A program made the translations under genes and the position numbers. 64,000 nucleotides of DNA, taken from the NCBI GenBank assembly GCA_964270895.1, contig OZ185444.1, one strand, 5' to 3'. Positions 50,231 to 64,000 of the stretch are shown piece after piece. The DNA comes from Podarcis filfolensis. Lineage: Eukaryota. Numbering within the stretch: the stretch's first letter is position 1; every line of letters begins with the position of its first letter. The notes under the pieces were generated by a model, which was given only the letters and a program-made list of their open reading frames with translations, was not told the origin of the DNA and searched no databases.

Positions 50231-53200
50231 TCTCAACACATCGTTCCCCAACCATGTGACATTTTACTAGGGCTACAACATGCTTTGTGCTACTATGTCA
50301 TCAATGGCTATCAAACAAAATATATGCAACATAAGAATAGTAGGTGTGATGAGAATAGAGATTGTGCACTAATACCAAAGGCCTTTGGTCTGCCATGGCA
50401 AAGTCCCAAAACTAGTACAATCTTAATCACCTTTTGCATTGTAACAGGCTAGAAGTTTATAATAGAAGTGAAACTGCCAGGCAGCTGCCCTGAGTTTACT
50501 TGATTTCCATAGGATATCATTACAGCTTGGTCAACACATATCATTATTCATTGTTACAGATCTGTGAGATTCGTAAGACAAAGGGTGGTGTGAACACACA
50601 CACACACACATAGGCTGTGGGCTTTCTTCTATATCTACTGCATTGACTTGTGTTAAGTGGTCAGCACAGATGAAGCACACTGAATTCATCTTAAAACAAT
50701 TTCATTCTTCCAATTCTAAAGTGCATTTTCAACCTTTGCCACAAGACACAGCATGCTCATGAAATTGTGTGCTGAGGTCAGAGTTCTCTGCACATTATTG
50801 GGCATAAATATAGCAGGAAATCTTTTGTTTCTATGAAACTAGTTCCTTTTCTTAGCTAGACCTGAGCAAGAGTTGGAGGTGTTGGAACAAGACATGCATT
50901 AAATAGCAAGGTGCCCTAAGTGAATGTATTATTTCTATTTCCCCATAAGTTACAGGAACTTGGGGAGCTCTAAGTTAGGAAATGATTTTTCTGACCTCTA
51001 GCTTGGCATGTCAGCAAAGCCAAATTTTGCAGATTTTTGTGACCTTGGGTGCAGAGACGAGAATTCTACAGATTCACACTAGAGACACACAGCTGTGATC
51101 AGAATTGGATGGGAACACATTTGAGGGCTCTTTGCCTCACTTCAAATTTGAAGTCACATTTCGGCTGTAGAAATGTAGCTAATTTCCCATTCTAGATGCA
51201 AGTAACAAGGCACAAACTATTCCCATGGCGGGTGCCACCCTGCAGTTGGTGTTTGTTTTGGAATTTAGGCTTGGCTGTTTTTAACCTCAAATTCTTATCC
51301 TCAGCATGGAAAATGTGTCTGTCTTGCTAAAGGACAATTCTGAGTAAAATGATAACTAGTTGGGATATGGACAGACTAATACCTTCCTCCAAGTTTATTT
51401 TGCTTCCTGCCACAATCTCAAGATCCTTTTCATCAGTGCCACTAAATTCAAAGTTAATCCTCCTTTTGTACTTATGCAGTGCTTATGGCTGACACTCACT
51501 TCCTTGAATTCTGTTTTAATTTAAAGCCTCTTGTGACCAGGCTGCCTGCAATGCATTAAGTTGAGCTGTGATATTTTCAAGTAGATTTAAATGGTGGGTA
51601 TCCAGGAGCTACTTTGGCAGTGCGGCTGCATGCCCAGCTGTGTTTAGGAAAAGAATCAAGTTGAAAGTGTGCTTCCCACCTTGTTTCCTAGAAAGAAAAC
51701 GTGCCATCTGTGTATCAGCTGCAGAGAGGCATGCTGGGTCAGCAGGGGTTAAACAGATATGTTTGGCGTGTAACTACCTTAACCTGCCAATTACTCAGCA
51801 GGAAGGAAAGGGCTTGCTGGCTCTCCTTGGTTATGGGCTGGGAAACAGCTGATAAATACTAAAGCCCAGCAATTCATTAAAAAGAATAATGTAGGGAAAG
51901 GGAGATGCTATTTACTTTTAGCGTCTTATTAAGAATTTTCCATGCTTCAGCTGATCTATTGGTGGAAAAATCCCATGGTGCATCTTAGCCAGTGCTTGAT
52001 AGGAGCAGACTACTGCTATGAGGGTCAATCCCAACTCCCCTCCTGAAAACATACACAGGATCAGATCAATAAAGGAGCATATCGGGCCACCTTCTTGTTG
52101 TTCCTGCCATCTTACGGCTCCCACATTTGGTTTTCACGAAGAGCACACTGTCCACACCCTCAGGCTGCAGCAATGGAAAAGCTGTGACAATTGAAATAAT
52201 CCCATAGAATAGGAGTAGAGAGTGCTCTAGGGACCTTAACTGGCCTGCACACTTAGTGACAATCCAATTCAAGTCAAATGAAAGCAATATTTTCCTCTAT
52301 ATACTTAGTAACCATATTACAGCTTACTTCCAAACATCCCTACTCAGCAAAATAAGGGCCTGTTTAGAGCAGTCCCAGCCAGTACTTACCCCCTTAGAAG
52401 GTATTGCTGGACATCTCACCCAAGCTGTAATGGTAGTGATGAAGTGTTGCTTCTTTGCTACCCTGACTGCCACAGAGTAGAATAAGTTAGGGCTCCCATG
52501 TATTTAGTCAGAGTCACATTTTGTCACTAGTGCTGTAATCACCTCCCAGTCTGTTTCATCACCCCCAGCTCTCTCTAATCATCCATGGAACTGAGTAAGT
52601 TCTCAAGGTAGGAGAGGACATGTAGGAGTGATCATATCCAGTGCTGGAGCTCCGTAAATTGGAAATACTGGCACCCTCACCCATATGCACCTCCAAAAGC
52701 AGCTTATTTAGGGCAATGGTGGCTGAGGAAATGCACCTGCCCTCGCCAGTTTCCCCAAAGGTAGTCTCATGCTCTGTCTTGCTTCTCCTGCACTCTCACA
52801 CACATTTAAAGAGACTGAAACATTGAAACTAGAGCTGTGAGCAAATGGCCACTGGAAGTTTGTCACCATATTTGTGGGCAGAAAAAAATGGGGAGACCAT
52901 TTCTCCAATGGGAGGAGTAACTATCCAACACTTTCTTAGGGGTGAAGTTAAACATTTTTCTTTTCTTGTCTCCTAAGTAGATGTTGATGGTGGTTGCTGC
53001 TGCCACTGCAAGCAACACTCATTTCGGCACCTTGGTCACCATTTTGCATCCTGCACAGTGTATTGCTGAGGATGGTAGCCACCACAAAACAAGGTTGGAG
53101 AATGTTTGGGAGGAAATATATAGGCTTAAAGGGACAAAATAAATTGGGGGATAAGTGTGGAATTGTGTGTTTGTTATTCAGTGAGAGTTGAACAGTTAGA

Positions 53201-54764
53201 GCTTGTGCTATCTGATATTTTCTTTATAGCTTGGTTCCCTGTATAGAACACCCTTGAACCTGGTAAACCAAGAATGCGTTGTGCGACTCTCTAGTAATCC
53301 AGTACACAGAAAGCAGGTGCTCAGAGGCCTGTCTAGTTCTCTTGAACAGATAAGGAAAATAACCCCATGGTGCTGCCCAAGAATTCTTCATTCAGTGATA
53401 ACTGTTGAAGATAAGCACACAGCTACCATTATAAACCTCCTAGGCCTTGGAAGGTGTGGGTTCAGATCTAGATTGTGGTGTGATTAATGAAATGTGTTTA
53501 GTAGCCTTATCTGAGTCTTTAATGGACTGTTTTCCACATTAAACCTCTGCTGTATGATTGATGGGCTTGTTCAGGCTTCTGAAACAGCGGGGGAGGACTA
53601 GTGTTAGTTGTTCAAGCTGTGGAGAGGAATAAAGGAAACCTTCTTAGCTAATACTCTGGTAACTGCTGTGTCTGTGTCTTTCCCTTTTCTTACCCATCTT
53701 GCTTTCTGGCTGAATATATACCAATTTCCACAAACTGTGTGCCAAGAAACAATCTAATATATTTTGGAGGTTTTGTAGAATCCTTGAATCATAGGGGTGA
53801 AGAACATTTAGTCCAACCACCGTACACAGAGCTTACTATCCCAGCACTCATAATACATTAGTCTGTAACCATATAATAGTGGGCCAAAAGAAGGGAACAG
53901 CAGAGAACATAATGCCATAAACATAGGAAAGGGGATAAATTTTCTAAAAGTGTATACTTAGCAACATTCAAGCAGGTCAAAGCAAATACTGTCTCTTGTT
54001 TCAGAAATTCCAGCGCTTGGCAGCGATTACCGACACTCATTCTCAAAGGGCAACAACCATTAGGACTTCATTGCCCTTTAAGAACTCACGTTATCAGTTG
54101 CTGTCAGGTTGTGCCCAAATTGCATGATGGTTTCTGTCTTCTTAGACCTTAATCCTTTCACTTTTACTTGGGTGAAAAATAAAGCGAACAAAAAGAGTCC
54201 TTCGGAATTTAAGACTAAAAGACTCCATGTAACAGGACAGAGAGTTTTAATGGGTCAATCTGAGACGCATGGGAAATGCCTGCAACATGAACGTACAATT
54301 GTAACTCCCACAGAGGAAACAAATAATGCCTCAGCATTTTCTCGGGCTAATGGGGGATTGGGTTAGAATGCTGGACTATATCCATACCCCTAACAATTAC
54401 AGATGTTGAAGCCAATTCTTAGTTCACCAAGTCTCCAGCTATATAGGGATTCGCAGATTAAACATAGTTGGTTCGTTTTCACACAGCAACTACATGGAAG
54501 TGAGTACAAGACACACATGTAAGATATCTTACTGTCTTGAGTATCTAAGCAGTGGTGTTTTAACATGCTAGCTTCTAGATAGCCTCTGATGATACCTGCA
54601 GATCATGTAGGTATATGCTGTGCTGGAGGTTTGGAACACATACTGTTTCAGTTGCAGGACAGAGATCTCAGGACAGTCAGTAAGATCTAGAGGCTCATAT
54701 TGGGTACCTTCATATTTTAATGGCAAAAAACCTGCATATTTCAAGAATATGTAAAAATGCTGTT

Positions 54765-54882
54765 AACCAGAAGGTTGGTGGTTCGAGCCCATCCAGGGAC
54801 AGCTGTGGGAAGGATTCCAGCATTGTAGAGGTTTGGACTAGATGACCCTCAGGGTCCCTTCCAACTCTAAAATTCTATGATA
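54765..54882 (+). mobile_element. Short SINE remnant with B-box and CR1-type tail (Squam2-like)
   Basis: ggttcgagccc B-box, then ggactagatgaccctcagggtcccttccaactctaaaattctatga. Confidence 0.65.
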
Positions 54883-54982
54883 TATGTATTAAAAACACAC
54901 ACACAAATAACTCTAGTGACATAATCAATGATGCAGGGAAACAGGAATCCCCTTTTTCAAACCAAAGGGTTTTGTTCCTTTC

Positions 54983-55031
54983 AATATAATATAATATAAT
55001 ATAATATAATATAATATAATATAATATAATA
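54983..55031. repeat. (AATAT)n microsatellite
   Basis: About 10 units. Confidence 0.95.
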
Positions 55032-58000
55032 CTTAGTGAAAAAACAGGTAAAAGTAATTATTTCTAAAAACAGTCACTCTGTGCGAAAGTAATGAATTGG
55101 CCAGAAACATGAGTGTTCAATCTAAAATGAGATGTCAGAGATCACAACTGACACCACCCGCCCCTCATTTTCCCTACACAGGGACAAAATAAAGGTCAGT
55201 TGTACGAGGGCAGCATCTGACATAAACTTTATTAGACATAATTTCTGACCTCCTGTGCCTATGGGATTCTCAATTCCTCAACAGAAAATGAAAGGAGGCC
55301 TGTATACATGAATTCCTCTGCCATTACCATAATATTGCTATTGCTGACTCGTAGCAGCAGAGAAAGGACAAAGGAAGTCAGCAGAATTTCATGGCTGATC
55401 ATGATGATGGTGAACTGCAATACTCCATTGGCAATGGAAGCTTTTCTGAGGCCACACGGAGCCCTGTAAGGAAGTAATTTTTTTGCCTTGCTGCTTGTAA
55501 CTGCTTATACTTTTACAACATGAGACCAGATTTATTGAGCTAAATGTATTGCTCCCTGCTAAACTAAACACATGCTGCCATACACCACACTGCCCTGTAG
55601 GTAGTCCATCTGATCATCTCCCTGTTTTACACTGTTTTGTGTTTTCCCTCTTCTATAAGTAATTTGTCTTCTCTGTTACTTTCCATTCATCTCTCCTCAT
55701 ATTTCCTACCTTAACTACTCATTTGTTTGCCTGCTGTTTGTGTTTCCCCACCCACCCGCCATAATATTTTACAAGGTATTTGGGCACTCTTGCCCATCCA
55801 TCCCGTTCATTCTGTGGGTCATTACACCCTTGCCTTCTAGCTGCATATCTGTCTACCTAATTGTGCTCTTTCTTGTCCCTAATCTCATTTCTTTTATTTT
55901 CTCATTATGTTGGTGAGTAATAGCCTTGTATTATTAGGGATCTTGTGAAGGAACCGTATTGATTGGATCTTTTTTATTTGCTAAGTTAATAAAACCAACT
56001 AAATAAATAATCATGTCCCACTACTATAGCCTAAATGCTTTTGCATCCTGCAAAGGCACAGGGGAGTTCCAGCCTGCTTGCTCTTTAATTAAAAGTAAGT
56101 TTTCAGCCGCCTCTTTCATCATCAGAATTTTCTATCACCTTGAAATGAAGGCTCTGATGTTGTCTTCTAAAATTATTGAGTGCTAGCCAGCTGGGGGAGT
56201 TGAGTTTAGAGTATACATTAATCTTCTTAACTACCTTCATCAAGATGACTGTCCAGGCTGCCACAGATCCAGTGCTTTTGTTCTCTGTATCTCTCATTTT
56301 TTTTTGTCCACAGTTTGCCTCTGTATATGGTCCATGAATATAAACCTTGTGTTATGTGCTTGTTAATTAATAGGACCGGGGAATTATAGATCCAGGTCCT
56401 TGAGGTTTTTTCCAAGGTGGTAGCTAAGGTCAATAAGCTAATATGCAGCATTAGTGCTTGGTTTGTCTTTCAATAGACATGATGGCTGTATAATATATCA
56501 TACCATATCCGAGGCAATATGCCTCTGATTACCAGTTGCCAGGGAACAGCGAGGTAGTGCCTACTTGTGGGTTTCCCATAAGCATCTAGTTGGCCCCTGT
56601 GGGAACAGAATGGTGGTGCAAATGGGCCTAGCAGGACTCTTCTCAATTTCTTACATTTTTTGTAAAATTCCAAGTTAAAAGTCGAATTGCTGCAGCAGTC
56701 ATTTTTGCCTTTCCAGAAAATAGTGTGTGAATTTCTTCTCAACTGTTTAGTTTTATAGTCTGCCTTGAGAGTGAGAAAACACACATGTAAAAATGTCCTA
56801 GTACACATGGAAAATTGGCAATATACTCTTCTCTCCCCTTCTGTCCTCCGGAACATTTTCCCATCATTAACTGTGGTTTTGCATTGCACCTACACAACTC
56901 ATAGTTCTTTCATGAACCAGAGACAGAAACCATGTTTTAAGTATGTTGCAAACCAAAGTAGAATAAAAATAAAAATCAGACCTGTGTTTTGTTCTAACCA
57001 TAGTTTATAACAGTGCACATGAAACTGTGGCTAGTGTTAAGATGAGGGAAATTGTTACAGGGAGCGGAAAGGGGGCACATGTTTTTCACTTGGACTGGCT
57101 CCCAAAATGCAAACTATGGTTTGGAGGAAGCCAATGCTACTCCCTTCATGAGATCAATGAAAGTTTACTCAAATCATGCTGAATTTGTCATATAAAAATG
57201 ATGTAGGAATTAGACTTTGAAGTAAGACTTTTCTTACTTCAGGGATGCACTGATTGTTTTCTGAAAACTATGCAATCCTAGAAATCATATAATCATAGAA
57301 ATGTAGAGTTGGAAGGGACCCTGAGGCTCATCTGTATCTACTTAGAAGTAAATCTGGTGGTGTTCAATGGGGCTTAATCCTAGGTAAGTAGGCATAGGAT
57401 TGCAGCCTGACTATCTCGCTTTCATGTAAATCTCAAGACAAGTTATAATTTATAGAAAGCTGGGATATTAAAATATATCCAAAAAGGGTTTCTCTGTCTT
57501 AGTAAGCAAAGAGAGATTTATGCTCACTTGACTTTTTGTTCTTATACATTTTGATTAAAAAATACATCAAGATATGAGATGGCTAGAACACCCATAAAAA
57601 TGGTTTTACTGCACTATAAAGGGGAATTCTGCTTCCATTGCATGCATTAGTAGAGAAAGAAAGGATTAATTGATAAAGTAGCTCTCTCCTATTAAGATTT
57701 TTTTATTTGCAAAAACTGTATCCAGGTTCCAGAATTTTGAAAGAATGGAAATGTGCAGTTGACGTTATTAGACTTGTAGTCAAAATATGCACCTTATCCC
57801 TAAATTGGCCTCTATCAGAAGAATGGGAAGTAGTTAACACAACACTATTTTTTTTAATTAAAAAAAATATCCTGGATAGGTGCAGGAAATTCTGGGCAGA
57901 TTAGATAAATATTAGCTCTGAATAAACTGTGATAGAATATCAGCATGGCCTGTGCAATGTTAAGTCATGTTTCACCAAACTTTTTGAACTTTGAGAATTC

Positions 58001-58171
58001 AACAAGAATGTGAATAAGACTGGATGAAAGTATATGCTGGAATTTCTCAAACACTTTTGATAAAGATTCCTGAGTAAATCTGAAATAAGAGGGCAGGTCT
58101 TCTTGTGGATTAATAACTGATTACATGACAAGAAACAGAGGGAAAGACAAATGAGAGGAGCAAGAATTGGG

Positions 58172-58640
58172 CTCCTCAAGGTTCTGTATTGGGACTGGTA
58201 CTACTTCAGATCTTCATCAATGATCTGTTGTTAAGCTGAGCAGTGAGCAGCAAGGAGCCCAAGTTTACAATTTCCCAAAATTATTCAAGTCAGACTGCAA
58301 AGAATAAATGTGTAACAAAATGGCAAATAAGGTTCAATATGTGGAAATGATGCATGTTAGGGCTAAAATCCCTAACTTCACATCTGAAGCAGTGATAACT
58401 AGCCAGGAAAGAAATCTTGGGGTTGGGTGTATAGTTCAATGAAAATGTCAACTCTGCATGTGGTAGCTGTGAAAAAAGGCAAATTTTATGCTAGATATAA
58501 TTAGGAAAGGAACTGTAGATACAATTTGCAGTATTGTAATGGCTTTATGCAAATTGGCATTGTGACTACATTTGGTTCTAAATTGTTGAGTTGGAAAAAA
58601 TGTCAAAAAGTACAACCAAAATTATCAGAGGGTTGAGGAA
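58172..58640 (+). mobile_element. Degenerate CR1 ORF2 (RT) fragment
   Basis: cctcaaggttctgtattggga...ttcatcaatgatctg reads PQGSVLG...FINDL, the CR1 RT motif. It is frameshifted downstream. Confidence 0.75.
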
Positions 58641-58794
58641 CCTGTAGAAACACACACACCACTGTCCATACCAATTCTAAGGTGGTTTACAACCTTAAAA
58701 GATAATTCAGTGACCTCAAACCAATTTAAAACATCAAAATAAATACAAATTAGTTCAGTAACTAGAACAGTGATCAAACCCAGTTATCTGTAAT

Positions 58795-58985
58795 TCCCAG
58801 AGGCCTGGATTAATAAATGTTTTTAAGAAGGCACCAAAAACTCAACAAGGTTGGTGCCTGTCATATTCCTCAGGGGAAAGAGATTGCTCCATAAACTAGG
58901 CACCGTGGCAGAGAAATGCCTCCCCCTGATTGATTCAAGGTGTATTTCGTCAACCAAGAGGGTCTCATCCTGAGATCTGAATAAG
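58795..58985 (-). mobile_element. L2 3' remnant
   Basis: Resembles the reverse L2 3' region, like the segments at 5290-5390 and 13640-13720. Recognised by eye only. Confidence 0.45.
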
Positions 58986-59024
58986 AGCAATATAGTATAT
59001 ATAGTAGTAACAATATAGGTGGAG

Positions 59025-59250
59025 GCATTCATGGAGGACATGGCTGTCAGTAGCTGTTTGTCATGACAGCTACATTCAAAGATAGTATGTCACTGAAGAC
59101 TAACTGTGCACTGAGGAGCACAGTAGGACAGGAATGTTGCCTCCATGCCCTGCTTCTGGTCTTCCTTAGAGGCATCTGGTTGGCTCCTGTGAAATCAGGG
59201 TACTCAACTAAATGAATATTCTGCCTGCTCCAGCAGTGCTTCCTTTATGT
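59025..59250 (+). mobile_element. CR1 3' end remnant
   Basis: cattcatggaggaca... and ggcatctggttggctcctgtga 3'UTR motifs. Confidence 0.6.
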
Positions 59251-61865
59251 GCTTAGTTAACATGCTAATCACATTGCTATCTAATTCCGAAATCTCTCTT
59301 CTTCCTCATAGTGGTGCATTAGCTATATGGCTAAACTTCACAAGTGGAATGTTGTCTTTGTTGGGGAGGGGCATGTCAGTCTAAACTTCTGAATGCTGAT
59401 TGCAACCCATTTTTCCCTTTGTGCTGCATCCTTCCAACACTCACGGCTGCAAGACTGATGAGTTCCTCTTTGTGGAATATGGATGACTTGCCACTCCCCT
59501 AGATAGGGTACTAGCAACACCATATACTCTATTCAGACAGCAGTTGCTTTAAGTTTTGCATGTTTCTCACCTTGGCACTCTCCCTCCTGAAGGCATAGGA
59601 TAAACCCATGTCATTGGCCCCATCCATACATTTGAAATTGTTTTCACAAGCATACCACACACCAACATGTACCAGCAATGTGGGATAACACCCATGTCAC
59701 TAGGTTTATAGAGAGCCTTATACAATCTGGAAAGCATTACACTACATGTGCAGAAAATGTGCCGCTGAAATTTTTCTCTTGCAGTCTTTTCAATTATAAT
59801 TTGAGGACCCATACTAAGAGGGACATTTGCAGTAGGTCTCCTAAGGAGGGTAGGGAAGGAGAAGGAGCTCTTCATCTGCTGGGAAGTGAACCGAAGAGGC
59901 TCTGTCGATGTCAAGGCATGTAGACTTTTTGCACCCTGTTGCCTTCTGCCCATATAATACCAACATTATCCAGTGTGCAAACTCCAAGTAATGAAGTCTG
60001 AGTCTCTCCCCCATCTGTCTCACTAAATGCCACTTGGAACAAGCGCCTTTTCATTTGACAATAAAATCAATGAATGAAATATTATAGAACTGAAGGAGAT
60101 GGTCACAGAATTCATAATGGGGGCTGTTTGTGTTCTGGCAGAGTCTTGTCTCCTCTCCATCCTTCTTTCCATTATCACCCAACTTAAATTTACTTAATGA
60201 AAACCTCCTGCTAATCTTGTACCTAGTTGCTTTTCAACCTCAACCTTTTTGCACCCCTTCAGAATGCCTCTGGCTCATGTCAATGATTTTGGAACCCTCT
60301 GAACTAGTTAGATATTTGTCATAATTAAAGCTCATATGGTGTTAACTGAGTGAATGAGTGAGAGGCCAAAGAGATGAACATAGCATTTAATGGCTCCCCC
60401 TACACTTTCCTCTGTATTGTCTGTTATGCCCTCCCTTTCCTTGCAATGATATTCTTCAAGATGAGGGGAAATCCTCAGCCATAAGTAAATAAATGGTGAG
60501 GAATGAAAAATGCCTGCAATAGAATGGACTTCTGTTAATCCCCTTAAAAAAACATTTCTTATCGGCAAAGGTTGGAAAAATGCTTTCTTATTCTTTTTAT
60601 CAGCAAATAAGTTTCATTCTCTTTGGGGAATATTTTTTCTAATAGTGTTTTCTCAGACCTGGTATTTTCTCCTGGGTGGTGGCTTATAAAGAATCATAGA
60701 ATTGAAGAACTGGCAGAAATGTGAAGGTCATCAATATAAACCCTTATGCCATTGGCTGCAATATACTTCTACTTCTGTTTTATCACATTTATATAACACT
60801 TCTCATCTGCAAAGTGCTTTGCAATGTTTCCCTTTTCTTGCCCTCTTAAGAACCCTGGGAAGTAGGTCAGGTAGCATTCTGAGGCTAAAGAATAAAGACT
60901 TATTCAGGAAAATGCAATGACCTGGTTCACACATCACATTAAACCATAGTCAAAATAAACTATGGTTTAATGTGAATGAACAGCGGGTTGGTACACGCTG
61001 CTCATAAGTTCCCAATTTCTTCTTTCTCAGCTCATGCTGCCCTGGTGAGCAAGTAATCCATTGTGTTGATGCTATGTTTGAACCCAGGATCCTGGGCAGA
61101 ACCATAAGAAGAAGCCAGTGTTTGTTTTTGTCCTATCATTCATGGTTTGTCTCAGAAATAAAACCAAAAGCCTGGATGTGAACATAATGACATAATGTTT
61201 CCTTCCCAGCGCATATAGTATCTACTCCCTATAAGTCATTGTGGGTGACTTATAACACTGTTTTACAAAACCCCCAATTCCTCCATAAGACACAGAGTAT
61301 TTCCTTATCCAAGCTGGATGTCCTGTTGGGATTCAGGGTTATTCAAGGTAAATATCTGGCTGAATTCTACTCAAAACATGAAGATTTGTCATCGTTCCTA
61401 CATGCTACTTGACTAGCTCATTGTCTGAGCCTTATTAATGGACCGTCATTTACACCTTCGGAATTGTTAGTACCTTCTACTCCCAGCTTTTAAATCTTTC
61501 TCTGTAAGAACGATTTGGATCTATAACTTGTCTGGAAGCCTAACGTTGACAATGTGAATTGGCTTCTGCATAAAAACAAATCAATCGCCCCTGTAAGAAG
61601 CAATAGGTATATATGTTTACAAACAGCAGTCTGAGTCTGCTGGAAGCAGGAGTATTTTATGTTTTCATCTCGGCAGGTTCATTAGTACCCCTAGAGAAAT
61701 AGGCCCTTCACATTTTATTTTGCATCTCCAAAGAAGGACGGAAACATCAAATCAGTTAACGATATGTCTGAAGCCAGCCAGTAGCCACACATTTTGTACT
61801 TGCAAGTGTTGCAAATAGGCTGTGCGGTCTTCACGCAGCCTGATCTCCAACCTCAACTAGGAATC

Positions 61866-61908
<43 letters not shown>
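61866..61908. repeat. (TAT)n microsatellite
   Basis: About 14 units. Confidence 0.95.
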
Positions 61909-61916
61909 TGCATATA

Positions 61917-62142
61917 CAGTGCTACCTTGGGTTAAGTATTTAATTCGTTCCGGAGGTCCGTTCTTAACCTGAAACTGTTCTTAACCTGAAGCACCACTTT
62001 AGCTAATGGGGCCTCCTGCTGCCGCCGCGCTGCTGCAGCACGAATTCTGTTCTCATCCTGAAGCAAAGTTCTTAACCCGAGGTACTATTTCTGGGTTAGC
62101 GGAGTCTGTAACCTAAAGCGTATGTAACCCGAGGTACCACTG
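61917..62142 (+). mobile_element. Tigger/pogo-like MITE, 226 bp
   Basis: CAGTGCTACCTTGGGTTA...CCGAGGTACCACTG with TA TSD at 61915-16 and 62143-44. It has one fewer 16-bp subterminal repeat than the 16884 copy. Confidence 0.92.
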
Positions 62143-62164
62143 TATAGGTCACCTTTTCCTCCAA

Positions 62165-62310
62165 ATTGCTTAAGATGGTGTGCATACTTCTCCTCTTTCC
62201 CAATCATATTAGACTAAGAGGTAAGGACTGGCCCAAGGTCACCTGGTGAACTTTATGGCTGAGTGGGGATTTGAATCCTGGTCTCCCACTATACCACACT
62301 GGCTGTCAGC
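62165..62310 (-). mobile_element. Old Squam3/MIR-like SINE remnant
   Basis: ggcccaaggtcacc...ggatttgaatcctggtctcc...ctataccacactggct parallels the 11692-11944 SINE but is decayed and internally deleted. Confidence 0.65.
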
Positions 62311-64000
62311 CACTCAATCCACCAAGACTGGGTGGGTGGTGGCAAGGAGCTGTGTGAGTGTACTGGTAGCCATTCCTGAGCAGTGGCTAAGGTGGCACAT
62401 TCTAGCCACATTGCTCCTGTGCTGAGACCTCCAATAGCTTGTGTAAGCTGATGGCATTAGCTGAGGCCTTCATGCATTCATAACCACGCACCTGCACTAG
62501 AATGATCAGGTGATTTCCCCCAATTAAAATGGCTGCTTCCTGCCAGTAATAACCAGAACAATTTTGGAACCTACCTCTTGTTTGGGAGCCATAGCTGTGG
62601 ATCTCACTGGTTGCTGTACAAACTTTCTGATTTTAGTGCTCTCCCCCCCCAAAAAAAAGCTGCTTTCCTGCTTCTCATGCTCCACCTTTTCCAGGGTTGT
62701 GTTCAGTGGTGTAGTAGAGCAGGGATGGTCAGGGACCAAGCGCAGCCTCCTATTTCACAGCAGGGATGACATCATCTCCTGCGTTGTGATTTGCCAATCC
62801 TCTTCATGCCAGATAAATAAGCTTTTCTCAGGGAGAGAAGTCCGCCAAAATAAGCTAAGCAGCAAAGCAGAGGAAGAGGTAGGTTGCATTAGCAGGCATG
62901 ACTAAGGCTAAATTGTCACTTTTATCTTGAAAAAGTCCAGAGATTTGGGGTCTTTTCAAGTGTCTTGCAAGTGAAACCAAAATATCTGTATTGGTCAAAA
63001 ATTCATTTTTGTGGCGTAGTCTTGGAAGTGGCACAGCCTTGCAGGTTGTCACAAACAACACCTGCACTTCAGAATTGATCGCTACACCCCTGAAAGAAAT
63101 AGGGTTGAGCTTATGGAGCCCAGCCCTGGTAAATCTATCACAGTCCAGCCACTAGCTGATTTTACTATTCTCCATTACATGGATGCACTCTTCTGACAGG
63201 ACTTCTGCTAACTACCTGCCTTATCACAGAGCCTTATCCCCTTGAATAATAAAATAATGCATCTGTGAAAGACACGGTCATGGTGCATGAGCAATTACTT
63301 TCATGCATTCAGCACATTCCTTCAAGATCATTTCACTACGTTATCACTTAGAGGCATGAAGGGAAAAAAGAACCTTTATCCCATAAGTGCATTTCTTCAC
63401 GGTACTGATTCATACTGTCCCCACAATACACCGCGTGTTACTCCTACGCAGCCTTCATTCACTGCAAAGGGCTTAACGCAGGGGTCCTGATGAAATCCTT
63501 TGAAATGGATAGTAGTCACGCATTTGCTGTGCCAGGTAAATTGTTCCCTGTGCTTTTTAATGGACTTGTGCTCCTAAACCTGGTACACATCGAAAATTCA
63601 GCTTTCCTTGCATTACTTTATATCCGGTTTGCACTGCACGTATGCTGGGCGGTGTGCAGGACATGGAAGGATGGTCTCTGCCCCAAAGTCATACAAGCTG
63701 AAAGCTGCAGACAGACCAAACAGTGAGGATAAAGCCTGTTTGAAGAGAAAGTGAGAAGGGAAGGGATGGGGATCACTGTGGGTTGTATTTTTTAATATGC
63801 TATTTATGCATGTTTAAAAATGCTTTTCAAGGACTGGATCCTATGACACAGGGCAAGCCCAAACTGAAGTCCACTTGCACAATGAGGAAAACAAGCTATC
63901 TTCCGAATCACTTCTTCATATTAATGACTATCCAGGAAATAACATCCATTGTGAGCTAGAAGGAAAGACGATTGCTTGTTACTTTGTGATGCAATTGTTA

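Overview
Eukaryotic (vertebrate) genomic DNA, almost certainly a squamate and probably a lacertid lizard, judged from Sauria/Squam1 and Squam3-type SINEs and typical lizard MITEs. The window lies inside the + strand gene LARGE1 (xylosyl/glucuronyltransferase that builds matriglycan on alpha-dystroglycan). It holds two internal coding exons: 7735-7858 (124 nt) and 20539-20710 (172 nt, with the DTD/DxD motif of the GT8 xylosyltransferase domain). They splice in frame across a 12,680-nt GT-AG intron. I found neither the preceding nor the following exon, so about 99.5% of the window is intron. The intron contains SINEs, Tc1/mariner and hAT MITEs with identifiable target-site duplications (TSDs), one clear and one probable solo LTR, a Penelope GIY-YIG fragment, L2/CR1 remnants and microsatellites. 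The other ORFs in the supplied track look like chance ORFs or transposon remnants. I see no strong evidence for a new multi-gene system. The best leads are a 1.24-kb patchwork hAT element with an exact 8-bp TSD, inverted repeat pairs bracketing each LARGE1 exon, an antisense solo LTR, and an E-box cluster. Repeat family names come from memory of consensus ends, not from database searches.
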